Positions 55,826 through 64,000 of a stretch of 64,000 nucleotides of DNA are shown in pieces. The stretch lies in NCBI GenBank assembly GCA_037481695.1, contig JBBFLE010000002.1:16661-80660 (forward strand), written 5' to 3'. The number at the start of each line of letters is the position of its first letter. The stretch's first letter is position 1. The notes beneath the pieces are model-generated. The model was given only the letters and a program-made list of their open reading frames with translations. It was not told where the DNA came from and made no database searches. The DNA comes from a bacterium (lineage in GTDB: Bacteria; Desulfobacterota; Desulfocorpusculales; Desulfocorpusculum). Made by a program: the position numbers and the translations under genes.

Positions 55826-57331
55826 CTACCTCATCTTCACCTCAAAAGGCTTCATTGCCTCCACATGCCCGCCTATTTTCTGGTAATCGCTCAGAAGCAT
55901 GGTGTACTCAATGGGGCAGATGGTGGCTGGAGTGGGAGTCCAGTAAAACGCCCCCTGCTTCACCCTCTCTACGTCAACCATGAAACTTATGCCTCCTCCA
56001 GGAAGCACAAAGGTAGGAGCCCCTCCCACCGTCAGGTTGGCCTTTCGGGCATGTACGGCCTGAGTCAACTTGATGGGATACCGGCTCACCCCGGCCCTGG
56101 CACTTCCCCCTGCTCCCCCCATGTAAAGGGCCGACACACGGGAAGGTTCGCAGCTGGAAGCCACAGCCTCCACGACATCCCTGGCCAGGGCTGTCAGTTC
56201 CACCTCCTCCAGTTGGCCTCTGGCATTCACCTGAAACATCACGGCCTTTTCCCCGGTTGTCTCTGTGACCAATATCCTCATGCCAGGCCAGGCCACCTTC
56301 ATGTCCAGTTCCTTGATGACCTCCCTGGGATGAACAATGGAGGTCCCTCCCCACCCTGAACCATGGTCTCCGAAATACCTGCCTGGAGTCGATTGTTTGA
56401 ATCGCAGCTTTACCCCGGTGGGCTTCACGCCCACAAACCTTCCGGCAGCATGCTCACTCATGAGGCTTGTGAGGTGGGAATCCAGGACTATCACCTCATC
56501 GGCCGCCTCTTTGAACAGAGGCGCAAAAAGCCCCATGGTGGCGCTTCCGCAGCCAACCCTCATTCTGGAGCTCTCTTGGCCGTTTACCACCGGAGGGAAG
56601 CCCACCCTGATCTCCAGCCTGGCTCCTCCCTCCACCTGGAGTTTCACGGCCCTGCGATTGGCTATCTCACACATGGTTCGCGCCACCACCATGCCATCGG
56701 GGCCTGTAAGCAGATTCACACCCCCTATGGAGAGCATCTTGGAGCCGTACTGTTCTGTGGTCACATGGCCCACCACTTTCTTCCCCACCTTTACCCTGGC
56801 TCCCTCTTGCCCAACAGGCAGATCCGTGTCCACCTTTACCAAAACCGAGCTGTAGCTGAGGGGGGCTTCGGTGACCACCGTCACAACATCCACCCCCTGC
56901 ACCTTCCCATGGAGGATATGGGGGGCAGGCCTGCAGTCAGGATATGTGGTCCCAGCTCCTATGCCAGTAACCAGAGGCTTTCTTATCTCCTCGCTTATAT
57001 CCTCCCCCACCACCTGAGCCACTTCCTCAAAGCCGTGAAGAGGAACCACTCTGACCAGAGATCCCTCCTGGTTACGATACCTCTGGCAGGCCCCCAGGAA
57101 GCCTTCCTTGATCCGACACCCCACAGGGCATGCCTCACATGGTACAGAGCCTTCAGGCACCTCTGCCGGGAAATCCACGGCCTCTTGAGGACAGACTCTC
57201 TTGCAAGCCCCACAGAAGCTGCATCCCTGTCCCACCCTGGCCTTTCTGGATCTTATTTTGATGACCCCCAGGGAACATGCCAGCACGCATTCTCCACAAC
57301 CAATGCACTTTTGCTCATCAACTATCATCAT
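55826..57331 (-). CDS. 4Fe-4S dicluster-domain protein; candidate 6-hydroxynicotinate reductase-like enzyme (function tentative)
   Basis: Start at MM (57331/57328), preceded by GGAGG. N-terminal 2x[4Fe-4S] ferredoxin motifs (CIGCGECVLAC, CSFCGACKRVCP) and a further Cys cluster (CEACPVGC), then a ~400-aa domain with no motif I can name. Track ORF to 57520 overlaps the upstream gene and has a non-protein-like prefix. Confidence 0.55.
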   Translation of the reverse strand: MMIVDEQKCIGCGECVLACSLGVIKIRSRKARVGQGCSFCGACKRVCPQEAVDFPAEVPEGSVPCEACPVGCRIKEGFLGACQRYRNQEGSLVRVVPLHGFEEVAQVVGEDISEEIRKPLVTGIGAGTTYPDCRPAPHILHGKVQGVDVVTVVTEAPLSYSSVLVKVDTDLPVGQEGARVKVGKKVVGHVTTEQYGSKMLSIGGVNLLTGPDGMVVARTMCEIANRRAVKLQVEGGARLEIRVGFPPVVNGQESSRMRVGCGSATMGLFAPLFKEAADEVIVLDSHLTSLMSEHAAGRFVGVKPTGVKLRFKQSTPGRYFGDHGSGWGGTSIVHPREVIKELDMKVAWPGMRILVTETTGEKAVMFQVNARGQLEEVELTALARDVVEAVASSCEPSRVSALYMGGAGGSARAGVSRYPIKLTQAVHARKANLTVGGAPTFVLPGGGISFMVDVERVKQGAFYWTPTPATICPIEYTMLLSDYQKIGGHVEAMKPFEVKMR

Positions 57332-57365
57332 CCTGCCTCCGTGGCCAAACCCTCTGGGCCACAAC

Positions 57366-58535
57366 CTACCTGACCAGGAGGGCCTGCCTGGTGGCTGGAG
57401 GGGTATTCCTGCTCTTTTGCACAACAACCTGCCCGTCCACCAGGACCATGGAGATCCCCGGGATATCTCCCGCTGCCATGGCCGAGAGGGCTTCCCTGCC
57501 CACAGAGCCCAGGGGGGCATCCATGATCACCAGGTCCGCCTCCATGCCTGGCTCTATTATGCCCCTGGGCAGCTTGTAAAGACGGGTCGTGTTTCCCGTT
57601 GCCATGCACACGGCTTCCTCGGGCCGCACAGGGCAAAGCCCTGCCAAAAGGGTTATGACTCTAAGGATGCCCAGGGGAACCACGCCTGTGCCCGAGGGAG
57701 CGTCGTTACCAATCACCACCCTTGACTTGGCCCCTGCTTGGGCTATGAGCCTGGCCGCCTCCACCGCCACCTTCATGTTTCCGCAGTGGACGATCTCCAG
57801 AGCAAAGGAGCTCTGCGTGACCAGTTTCTCCACCTCGGCCATGGACATGGCGGTGGTGCCTCCGTTGATATGGGACACCACATCGGGTTCCACGGCCATG
57901 ACCTGTTCGGCACCCACCGTAGAGCTGCCTGGGATGGAGGTCCCACCGGTATGCATCATGACGACCATCCCGTTTTTCTTGGCCCATTTCACCATGGGAC
58001 GTGCATCTTCGGGTGTTTTCACAGAGCCCAGCCCGATCTCTCCCACAACCCTCACACCCTCTCTGGCTGCCTCCTGAAAATCAGATTCAGTGAGCCCTTT
58101 TTCCAGAATCAGGGCCCCTCCCAGCACCTTTGCCCCTCCGGGACGAAAGGAGGCGAAGCTTTTGGCTGCCAGTATTGCCAGAGCCTTTGTGCCGGCCGCA
58201 TCCTTGGGTCTTCCTGGCAGATGTACCTCCCCGGCGGATATCACCGTGGTAACCCCACCGTGCACACCGCTGTCTAGAAAACCAAGCTGGTTCTGCCTTG
58301 GAGTAAAATCCCCCAGAACCGGATGGCAATGGGAATCCACGAGCCCCGGGATCACTGTGGTGCCTGCACAGTCAATGATTCTGTCCGCCTGGGATTCCTC
58401 CATTTCCCTGAGAAGTCCCACCTTCTGTATCTTGCCGTCCTGGATGAAAATGGCATCTGCTACCAACAGAGGCTCTTCGATCTTACCGCTTACCAGTGTC
58501 CCTATGTTCTTGAGCAACACCTTGGACATTTCCAT
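57366..58535 (-). CDS. amidohydrolase-superfamily protein (enamidase-like candidate)
   Basis: 389 aa with metal-binding HxH (PGLVDSHCHPV), further His/Asp ligand regions (MMHTGG, HINGG) and typical N-terminal beta-sandwich start (IFIQDGKIQKVG). Confidence 0.75.
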   Translation of the reverse strand: MEMSKVLLKNIGTLVSGKIEEPLLVADAIFIQDGKIQKVGLLREMEESQADRIIDCAGTTVIPGLVDSHCHPVLGDFTPRQNQLGFLDSGVHGGVTTVISAGEVHLPGRPKDAAGTKALAILAAKSFASFRPGGAKVLGGALILEKGLTESDFQEAAREGVRVVGEIGLGSVKTPEDARPMVKWAKKNGMVVMMHTGGTSIPGSSTVGAEQVMAVEPDVVSHINGGTTAMSMAEVEKLVTQSSFALEIVHCGNMKVAVEAARLIAQAGAKSRVVIGNDAPSGTGVVPLGILRVITLLAGLCPVRPEEAVCMATGNTTRLYKLPRGIIEPGMEADLVIMDAPLGSVGREALSAMAAGDIPGISMVLVDGQVVVQKSRNTPPATRQALLVR

Positions 58536-60804
58536 TTACCTCCTGGCTTGGGAAATGGCCTGCTTTAATGCAGGCCTCCAGAACTCTCTCCAGATTGGCT
58601 GGCAGTTTGTAGATCCTCTCCCCCAAGGCATCGGCTATGGCATTGAGTATGGCAGGGGCTGTTGGTATGAGTGCAGGCTCCCCGACTCCCTTGGCTCCAA
58701 AGGGGCCTGTGGGCTCGGCTGCCTCCACTATGATGGGAAGAACCTGGGGCATGTCTGCCACGGTGGGTATGTGGTAGTCTTTCATGGATTCTGTGGAACC
58801 GGCCTTGTACTCTTCCATGAGGGCAAAACCCACTCCCATGGCCACTCCTCCCAGGATCTGCCCCTTGACCGCCTCTGGGTTAAGCGCCTTTCCCACATCA
58901 TGAGCAGCCACTATCTTTTGAACCTGTACTGAGCCTGTGAGCACATCCACTTCCACCTGAGCCATCTGACATGCAAAGGCATAGGTGGCATAAGGAACCC
59001 CCTGCCCTCCCTCGGGCTCCAGAGGGGTGGTCTCGGGATCAAAGTAACCCTGCCAGGAAAGGGGAATATTTTTCTTCTTCGCCCTCTTTGCCAGATCCTG
59101 AAAAGAAACCTTTCTAGTGGGATCCCCGGCGTGCACCACATGCCATTGTCTTAGCAGGAGTGCTTCCTTGGGAGCCTTCAAGAGATCTGAAGCCTCTGTG
59201 AGGAGCACCTGGGCCAGCTTGTTACAGGCATCCAGCACCGCATTACCCGAGATATAGGTCTGACGGCTGGCCGAAGAAGCCCCTGCATTGGTTGTATGCT
59301 TGGTGTCTGCCACCACAAGCTTCAATGACTCCGGGGGAACACCCAAGACCTGGGCTGCTATCTGTGCCAAGACCGTGGTGGAGCCCTGCCCCATGTCAGC
59401 AGCCCCTGTGAAAAGGGTGAGTCCTCCGTTCTCCTCCAACTCTACCCTTGCAGTGGATGGGTTCTGAACTCCCGTGTTTCCAATGCCATACCACATGGCT
59501 CCCAGACCCACGCCCCTTCTCACATAAGGGGAGTGCTCCTTGGAGTTCTTCCATGCTGCTAGGCTCTCCCTGTAATGGGGTTCCAGAGCTTCCAGGGCTT
59601 GCAAGATGCCCACGCTGGAGCCCAGTTTCTGGCTCGTGGCTGTAAGGGATCCCTGTCTCAAGGCGTTGATACGCCTTATTTCAAGAGGGTCCATCCCCAA
59701 TTCCTGGGCCAAGAGATCCATCTGGGATTCATGGGCAAAGGCTATCTGAGGCACACCAAAACCCCTCATGGCCCCTGCCACTGGATTATTGGTGTACACG
59801 GCCAGGCTTTCCACATCTACGTTTTCCACCTCATAGGGTCCTGTGGCATGAATGGCTGCGCGGGTTGCCACAGCCACTCCGTAAGAGCAATAGGCTCCTG
59901 TATCGCAGATGATCCTGGCCTGAAGGGCCAGAAGTTTTCCTCTGGCATCTGCACCACTTTTCATCCAGATGGTGAGAGGGTGCCTCTTGGGAGTGGCAAG
60001 ATAAGCCTCCTCTCGACTGAAGACCAGCCGCACGGGCTTTCCCAGGTGGTACAGGGCCAGACCTATGAAACCCTGGACCGTCAGATCCAGCTTGGAGCCA
60101 AAACCTCCGCCCGTGGCAGCCTGTATTATTCTTACCTTCTCCTCCTTTAATCCCAAAACCTCAGCCACCTCCTTCTGGTCATAGTGTGGGTTTTGGGTGG
60201 AGGCCAAAATGACCAGGGTGTTGTCCCACTCCAGGTAACCGACCCCTGCATCGGGCTCCAGGTAGGTATGTTCCACGTGGGAAGTCTCATAGGTACGCTC
60301 CACCACAACAGCCGCCTTGGCCATGGAAGAAGCTGCATCCCCTTTGCGGATCACCCTTTTGTGAAGCAGATTGCCCTTTTCGTGGATGGCTGGAGCTGCC
60401 TGATCCATGGCCTGCTTGGGCGAAAAAACAGCCGGTAGATCCTGGTACTTAACCTTTATGGCTTCCAGCCCCTTTTGGGCTGCTATTTCATCCCTGGCAG
60501 CCACTAGGGCCACCGGATCGCCCACAAAGCGCACCTTTTCTTTGGCCAGAAGAGGCTGATCTTTGGTGATGAGGCCTATGAGATTCCTGCCAGGCACGTG
60601 GGCTGCGGTAAAGACCCCCTCCACGCCTGGCACCCTTTTGGCCTCCTCCACGTCAAGCTCCAGAATCCGGGCATGGGCTCTGTCGCTTCTGAAAACCCTA
60701 AGCACCAAAGCATCTTCCAAAGCAATGTCAGCACTGAAAATAGGCTTGCCCCTCACCCGTTCCTGGGCGCCTATCCTGGGCACAGACTTGGCTATCCAGC
60801 TCAT
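58483..60804 (-). CDS. xanthine dehydrogenase-family molybdopterin-binding large subunit (molybdenum hydroxylase)
   Basis: About 773 aa with GGGFGSK motif and C-terminal GAKGVGEPALIPTAPAILNAI motif. Start taken at MSWIAKSV (ATG at 60804), leaving a 1-nt gap from the upstream stop. Confidence 0.9.
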   Translation of the reverse strand: MSWIAKSVPRIGAQERVRGKPIFSADIALEDALVLRVFRSDRAHARILELDVEEAKRVPGVEGVFTAAHVPGRNLIGLITKDQPLLAKEKVRFVGDPVALVAARDEIAAQKGLEAIKVKYQDLPAVFSPKQAMDQAAPAIHEKGNLLHKRVIRKGDAASSMAKAAVVVERTYETSHVEHTYLEPDAGVGYLEWDNTLVILASTQNPHYDQKEVAEVLGLKEEKVRIIQAATGGGFGSKLDLTVQGFIGLALYHLGKPVRLVFSREEAYLATPKRHPLTIWMKSGADARGKLLALQARIICDTGAYCSYGVAVATRAAIHATGPYEVENVDVESLAVYTNNPVAGAMRGFGVPQIAFAHESQMDLLAQELGMDPLEIRRINALRQGSLTATSQKLGSSVGILQALEALEPHYRESLAAWKNSKEHSPYVRRGVGLGAMWYGIGNTGVQNPSTARVELEENGGLTLFTGAADMGQGSTTVLAQIAAQVLGVPPESLKLVVADTKHTTNAGASSASRQTYISGNAVLDACNKLAQVLLTEASDLLKAPKEALLLRQWHVVHAGDPTRKVSFQDLAKRAKKKNIPLSWQGYFDPETTPLEPEGGQGVPYATYAFACQMAQVEVDVLTGSVQVQKIVAAHDVGKALNPEAVKGQILGGVAMGVGFALMEEYKAGSTESMKDYHIPTVADMPQVLPIIVEAAEPTGPFGAKGVGEPALIPTAPAILNAIADALGERIYKLPANLERVLEACIKAGHFPSQEVNGNVQGVAQEHRDTGKR

Positions 60805-60805
60805 T

Positions 60806-61666
60806 TCACTTTCCATTTCTTACCAGTGGTAGCAAGGCCCTAACCAGCAAACCCTGCACCGCTTTCTCCTTGTACGCTGTAGACGCTCGCGTTCCTGAGA
60901 TCTCCACCATGGAAGCTGCCATTAGCCGGCCAGCTTCCCAAAGATCCCTCTCCTTCGGTAGCCTGCCCTTCAGAAGATCTTCCACCTTGTTCATTCGGCG
61001 AGGCACGGGTGTACCTGAGCCCAGGGCTATGCGCACCTCTACCAGAGCTTTTTCATCCTGTTGGGCCATTACAGCCAGACTGAGCCTGGCTATGGCCAGG
61101 GCTTTTCTTCTGGCCAGCTTCTGAAAGTCACTCCACATGTGGGAGGCGCTCTCAAATACAAATCTGGTTAGAATCTCCCCTGTCCTTAGCCCACTTCTGT
61201 ACGCTCCCCAAAGGATGTCCTCCAGGGGAACAACCCTTGTACCAGCCAGACTTGCCAAAACGGCTCTGGCCCTGAGCACCAAAAGGGCTGGCACGCTGTC
61301 CGCACAAGGAGAACAATGCACCACATTGCCTCCCAAAGTGGCCATGTTTCTTATCTGGACACTGCCTATGCGTGAGGCCGCCTTCACCAATACAGGGGCG
61401 TGAGCCCTGAGTAGTTCCGAATCCATTATCTCGGAAAAGGTGAGCCCTGCTCCCACATGAATGAATCCATCCTTTTGCTCCAAGATCTTCAGCTCTGGCA
61501 GTCTGCTTATATCCACCAAGTGGGAAGCCTTGTGCTTTCCTTGCCTAAGCTCCACCATCAGATCTGTTCCCCCGGCCAGTGGCATTGCTTCAGCGCCGTA
61601 CCTGCTCATCAGGCCCAGGGCCTCGACCAGGCTCCTGGGAAAATGATATGCTGCGACCCCCATCAT
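60806..61666 (-). CDS. molybdenum hydroxylase FAD-binding subunit (CoxM/XdhB-like)
   Basis: Start at ATG 61666 (MMGVAAYHFPRSLVEA), forming an ATGA overlap with the upstream 2Fe-2S gene. FAD-binding motif LAGGTDLMVEL. The track ORF prefix to 61849 is Arg/Pro-rich and lies inside the upstream gene. Confidence 0.85.
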   Translation of the reverse strand: MMGVAAYHFPRSLVEALGLMSRYGAEAMPLAGGTDLMVELRQGKHKASHLVDISRLPELKILEQKDGFIHVGAGLTFSEIMDSELLRAHAPVLVKAASRIGSVQIRNMATLGGNVVHCSPCADSVPALLVLRARAVLASLAGTRVVPLEDILWGAYRSGLRTGEILTRFVFESASHMWSDFQKLARRKALAIARLSLAVMAQQDEKALVEVRIALGSGTPVPRRMNKVEDLLKGRLPKERDLWEAGRLMAASMVEISGTRASTAYKEKAVQGLLVRALLPLVRNGK

Positions 61667-62178
61667 GGATCTTCTCCCGGACAAGCCCTCTTGGCAGCAG
61701 CTTCCACGGCAGCCAGGATCTGCTCGTATCCTGTGCATCGGCACAAGTTGCCTTCCAGGGCCTTTAGGATCTCCTGCCTTGTGGGCCTTGGATTTCTCAT
61801 GAGAAGGGCGTAAGCGCTCATGAGCATGCCTGGGGTACAGAAGCCGCACTGGACAGCATGGTGCTCCAAAAAGGCCTCCTGCAGGGGATGAAGCCCCACA
61901 GGGCTCTCCAGTCCCTCCACTGTCAGTAATTCCCTACCCTCCAACTGGGCCGCCATCATGAGACAGGCGTTTATTGCCTTGTTGTCCACCACCACCGTGC
62001 AGGCCCCGCATTCTCCCATGGCGCACCCCTCCTTGGCGCCCTTGAGACCCAGTCTTTCTCTAAGAACATGCAGAACACTCTCTCCAGGGTCCACCTCCAG
62101 GGCTACCTCCCGGCCGTTCAGCTTGAAATGCACAGTTATGGATGGCCTGCAACTGCTATCTTCAAACCCCATGTTCAC
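61663..62178 (-). CDS. molybdenum hydroxylase (2Fe-2S)-binding small subunit (CoxS/XdhA-like)
   Basis: 171 aa with both [2Fe-2S] motifs (CAMGECGACTV, CGFCTPG...CRCTGY). ATGA overlap with the upstream PncA-like gene. Confidence 0.9.
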   Translation of the reverse strand: MNMGFEDSSCRPSITVHFKLNGREVALEVDPGESVLHVLRERLGLKGAKEGCAMGECGACTVVVDNKAINACLMMAAQLEGRELLTVEGLESPVGLHPLQEAFLEHHAVQCGFCTPGMLMSAYALLMRNPRPTRQEILKALEGNLCRCTGYEQILAAVEAAAKRACPGEDP

Positions 62179-62930
62179 ATCCTCTTCAATGCTTCCATAT
62201 CCAGAGACTTGAGCACCGTGATGCCTTTGGCCTTCATTTCTTCCAGGGCTCGTGATGTGGTCTCAGGGGCCACTCCCCTGCAAAGCTCTTCCACAACGGT
62301 TACCTTGAAGCCTGCTGCCACCGCATCCAGGGCCGTGGCCTTAACACAGTAGTCGGTGGCGATCCCATAGATGATAAGCCTTTCTATGCCCCTGGCCTTC
62401 AAGATTCGCTCCATCTCGGTCTTGGCCCCACCGTCATCCTGGAAGCCTGAGTAGCTGTCAAAATTCTTGTCTTGACCCTTCTTCACTATGGCCAGAAACA
62501 GATCATTGTCCACCAGGACCTTGGCTCCCTCTGTGCCCTGAACACAGTGAGGGGGCCAAAGCACCTGATCTTTGCTCCCCACCTTGATGACATCAAAGGC
62601 CTTCTTGCCTGGGTGGTTTGTGAAGAATGAGACATGATCCGAGGGGTGCCAGTCCTGTGTGGCGTAAAGGGTGAAACCTGCCTTGCCCAAAGCGCTGGTG
62701 GCCTTTCGGACCTTTTCCACAAAGGCCTTGTCTGTGCCGGGCACGGCCAAAGTACCCTTCTTCCACTGGGTAAAGTCCCCTTGAACATCCACCACTATGA
62801 CCCCTACCTTGGAGTGCGCCTGGGCTGCCTTGCTGGCCCCAGCTTTGGGAGCCTGGGCCATGGCCGGCAAGACAAGCAAACAGACTATCAGGAACAAACC
62901 CACCATGGAGAAACCCATCACGTGTTTCAT
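62175..62930 (-). CDS. isochorismatase-family cysteine hydrolase, nicotinamidase/pyrazinamidase (PncA)-like, with N-terminal signal peptide
   Basis: 251 aa with signal peptide (MKHVMGFSMVGLFLIVCLLVLPAMAQA), then PncA-like motifs (VIVVDVQGDF, QDWHPSDHVSF, IATDYCVKATALDA). Confidence 0.75.
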   Translation of the reverse strand: MKHVMGFSMVGLFLIVCLLVLPAMAQAPKAGASKAAQAHSKVGVIVVDVQGDFTQWKKGTLAVPGTDKAFVEKVRKATSALGKAGFTLYATQDWHPSDHVSFFTNHPGKKAFDVIKVGSKDQVLWPPHCVQGTEGAKVLVDNDLFLAIVKKGQDKNFDSYSGFQDDGGAKTEMERILKARGIERLIIYGIATDYCVKATALDAVAAGFKVTVVEELCRGVAPETTSRALEEMKAKGITVLKSLDMEALKRM

Positions 62931-63071
62931 GGCCGCCCTCCTTTGGGAAAATTGGGAACAGGATTTACTTATCCTTTCCCGTCATGTGCGGAGTTAGTCC
63001 CCAACAGGAACCATCGTTGGTTCAAAGCTGATTCTTTGCCCGACACTGGTCATGGCCTTGATTTTCCTCTC

Positions 63072-64000
63072 TCACTTTCTCCCTTGCTCCCCAGTGGTGA
63101 CCCCCTGGTATTTCATGGCAAAGCCATCATCCAGAGAGCCTGCCTGCCCACCTATGGAGGAATGCCATCTGCTTATGATCACTTTCTTGTCAGTATAGAA
63201 ATCTATGGCCTCGTTGGCCCTTCCTCTGATGTCTCCGAACATGGATATTTTTCTTCCTCCCACAGGGAAGTACGCGATGGGAGCAGGTGTCCCTATGTTT
63301 ATCCCTACTTGGCCCACATTGACCCTCAGGGCGAACTCCCTGGCCCAGCCTCCGTTTTCCGTATAAATATTGGCTGTGTGGCCAAAGGGACTTCGGTTTA
63401 TAATCTCCACACCCTCGGCCAGGTCCTTCACCTTTTTCAGGCAACGCACGGGCCCGAAGATTTCCTCCTGGAAGACCCTCATCTCAGGCTCCGCCTCCAT
63501 CACGGTGGGACCCAGGAAATAACCATTGGGATAGCCCGCCACCTGGGGATTCCGGCCATCCAAGAGAAGCTTGGCCCCTTCCTGGAGAGCCCTTTCTATC
63601 TCCTGGTGCATTGAATTCAGTGCCTCCCTGGAGATCACTGGTCCAAGGCTCACATTAGGATCCATGCCATATCCCATAACCAGCTTCTTGCATTCCTCCA
63701 AGAAGCGCTCCTTTACCTCCTCGTAGACCTCCTCCACAGCCAGTACATTGGAGACCGCAAAACAGCGCTCCCCCACGTGGCCAAAGCAGGATGCCACCAC
63801 ATTGGGGATCACCTCCTTTAGGAAAGCATCCCTGGCTATGAGCACATGATTCTTGGCTCCGCCCTGGCACTGAGCTCTTTTGCCGTGAAGTATGGCCATC
63901 TTGTACACCTCTTCCCCCACCTTGGAGGAGCCCACGAAGGTCACACCCACGGTGCCAGGGTGCACCACAAGAGCATTTCCCACTCCCCTTCCAGAGCCCG
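63072..64000 (-). CDS. aldehyde dehydrogenase, methylmalonate-semialdehyde dehydrogenase-like (CoA-acylating type), partial; N-terminus beyond window end
   Basis: C-terminal ~300 aa of an ALDH with glutamate/cysteine catalytic regions (CQGGAKNHVLI, FGHVGERCFAVSNV). The reading frame continues to the window edge. Confidence 0.85.
   Translation of the reverse strand, partial: GSGRGVGNALVVHPGTVGVTFVGSSKVGEEVYKMAILHGKRAQCQGGAKNHVLIARDAFLKEVIPNVVASCFGHVGERCFAVSNVLAVEEVYEEVKERFLEECKKLVMGYGMDPNVSLGPVISREALNSMHQEIERALQEGAKLLLDGRNPQVAGYPNGYFLGPTVMEAEPEMRVFQEEIFGPVRCLKKVKDLAEGVEIINRSPFGHTANIYTENGGWAREFALRVNVGQVGINIGTPAPIAYFPVGGRKISMFGDIRGRANEAIDFYTDKKVIISRWHSSIGGQAGSLDDGFAMKYQGVTTGEQGRK

Noticed and set aside
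56363-57373. 336-aa plus-strand ORF
   Set aside because: Antisense to the 4Fe-4S reductase candidate; His/Pro/Leu-rich translation without motifs.
58090-58932. 280-aa plus-strand ORF
   Set aside because: Antisense to the amidohydrolase and Mo-subunit genes, which carry clear family motifs.
62634-63614. 326-aa plus-strand ORF
   Set aside because: Antisense to the PncA-like and aldehyde dehydrogenase genes; no recognisable domain.
1-64000. CRISPR arrays, rRNA genes, IS elements, integrases or prophage genes
   Set aside because: No spaced direct-repeat array, no rRNA-like conserved stretch, no transposase or integrase-like ORF and no inverted-repeat-flanked element found by eye; the tRNA-Ser pair is followed by housekeeping genes, not an integrase.

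Overview
GC-rich bacterial chromosomal window, densely coding, with no CRISPR array, rRNA, transposase or integrase detected. All calls are from reading the supplied six-frame translations and the DNA by eye; no database search or alignment was run, so family names are recalled from motifs. Gene content (MetF/MetV, NuoE/NuoF-like modules, many Fe-S proteins) suggests an anaerobe, possibly a Desulfobacterota-like organism (inference). Layout: (1) 1-7.3 kb housekeeping genes (SCP-x-type thiolase with its DUF35 partner, fbp, enoyl-CoA hydratase, pepA, CBS protein). (2) 7.5-11.4 kb Lon-like protease, DUF151 nuclease and small proteins. (3) 11.7-25.2 kb a minus-strand polysaccharide export locus (nucleotide-sugar dehydrogenase, gmd, Wzz-like, His-rich secreted protein, YjbH-like, multi-SLBB Wza-like exporter, DegT aminotransferase, caspase-like peptidase, NusG paralog) with no glycosyltransferase in the window. 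(4) 25.4-31 kb xseA, L,D-transpeptidase, HAD, LysE, M32 carboxypeptidase, thioesterase. (5) 31-38.3 kb a Ser/Thr kinase with a 739-aa partner, then the conserved recR-ybaB-dnaX-SRP RNA-tRNA-Ser x2-tadA block. (6) 38.9-43.1 kb a PAS histidine kinase fused to a GNAT domain, and icd. (7) 43.7-51.7 kb a five-gene plus-strand operon: FdhA/NuoG-like molybdopterin protein, NuoE-like, a 1044-aa NuoF-GltD fusion, MetV, MetF, followed by a two-component pair. This is my top candidate for an undescribed system, as a non-canonical electron-input module for methylene-THF reductase. (8) 53.8-64 kb a minus-strand cluster resembling anaerobic nicotinate/nicotinamide catabolism (PncA-like with signal peptide, three-subunit Mo hydroxylase, enamidase-like amidohydrolase, 4Fe-4S candidate reductase, ApbE-like protein) ending in a CoA-acylating aldehyde dehydrogenase, the second candidate.
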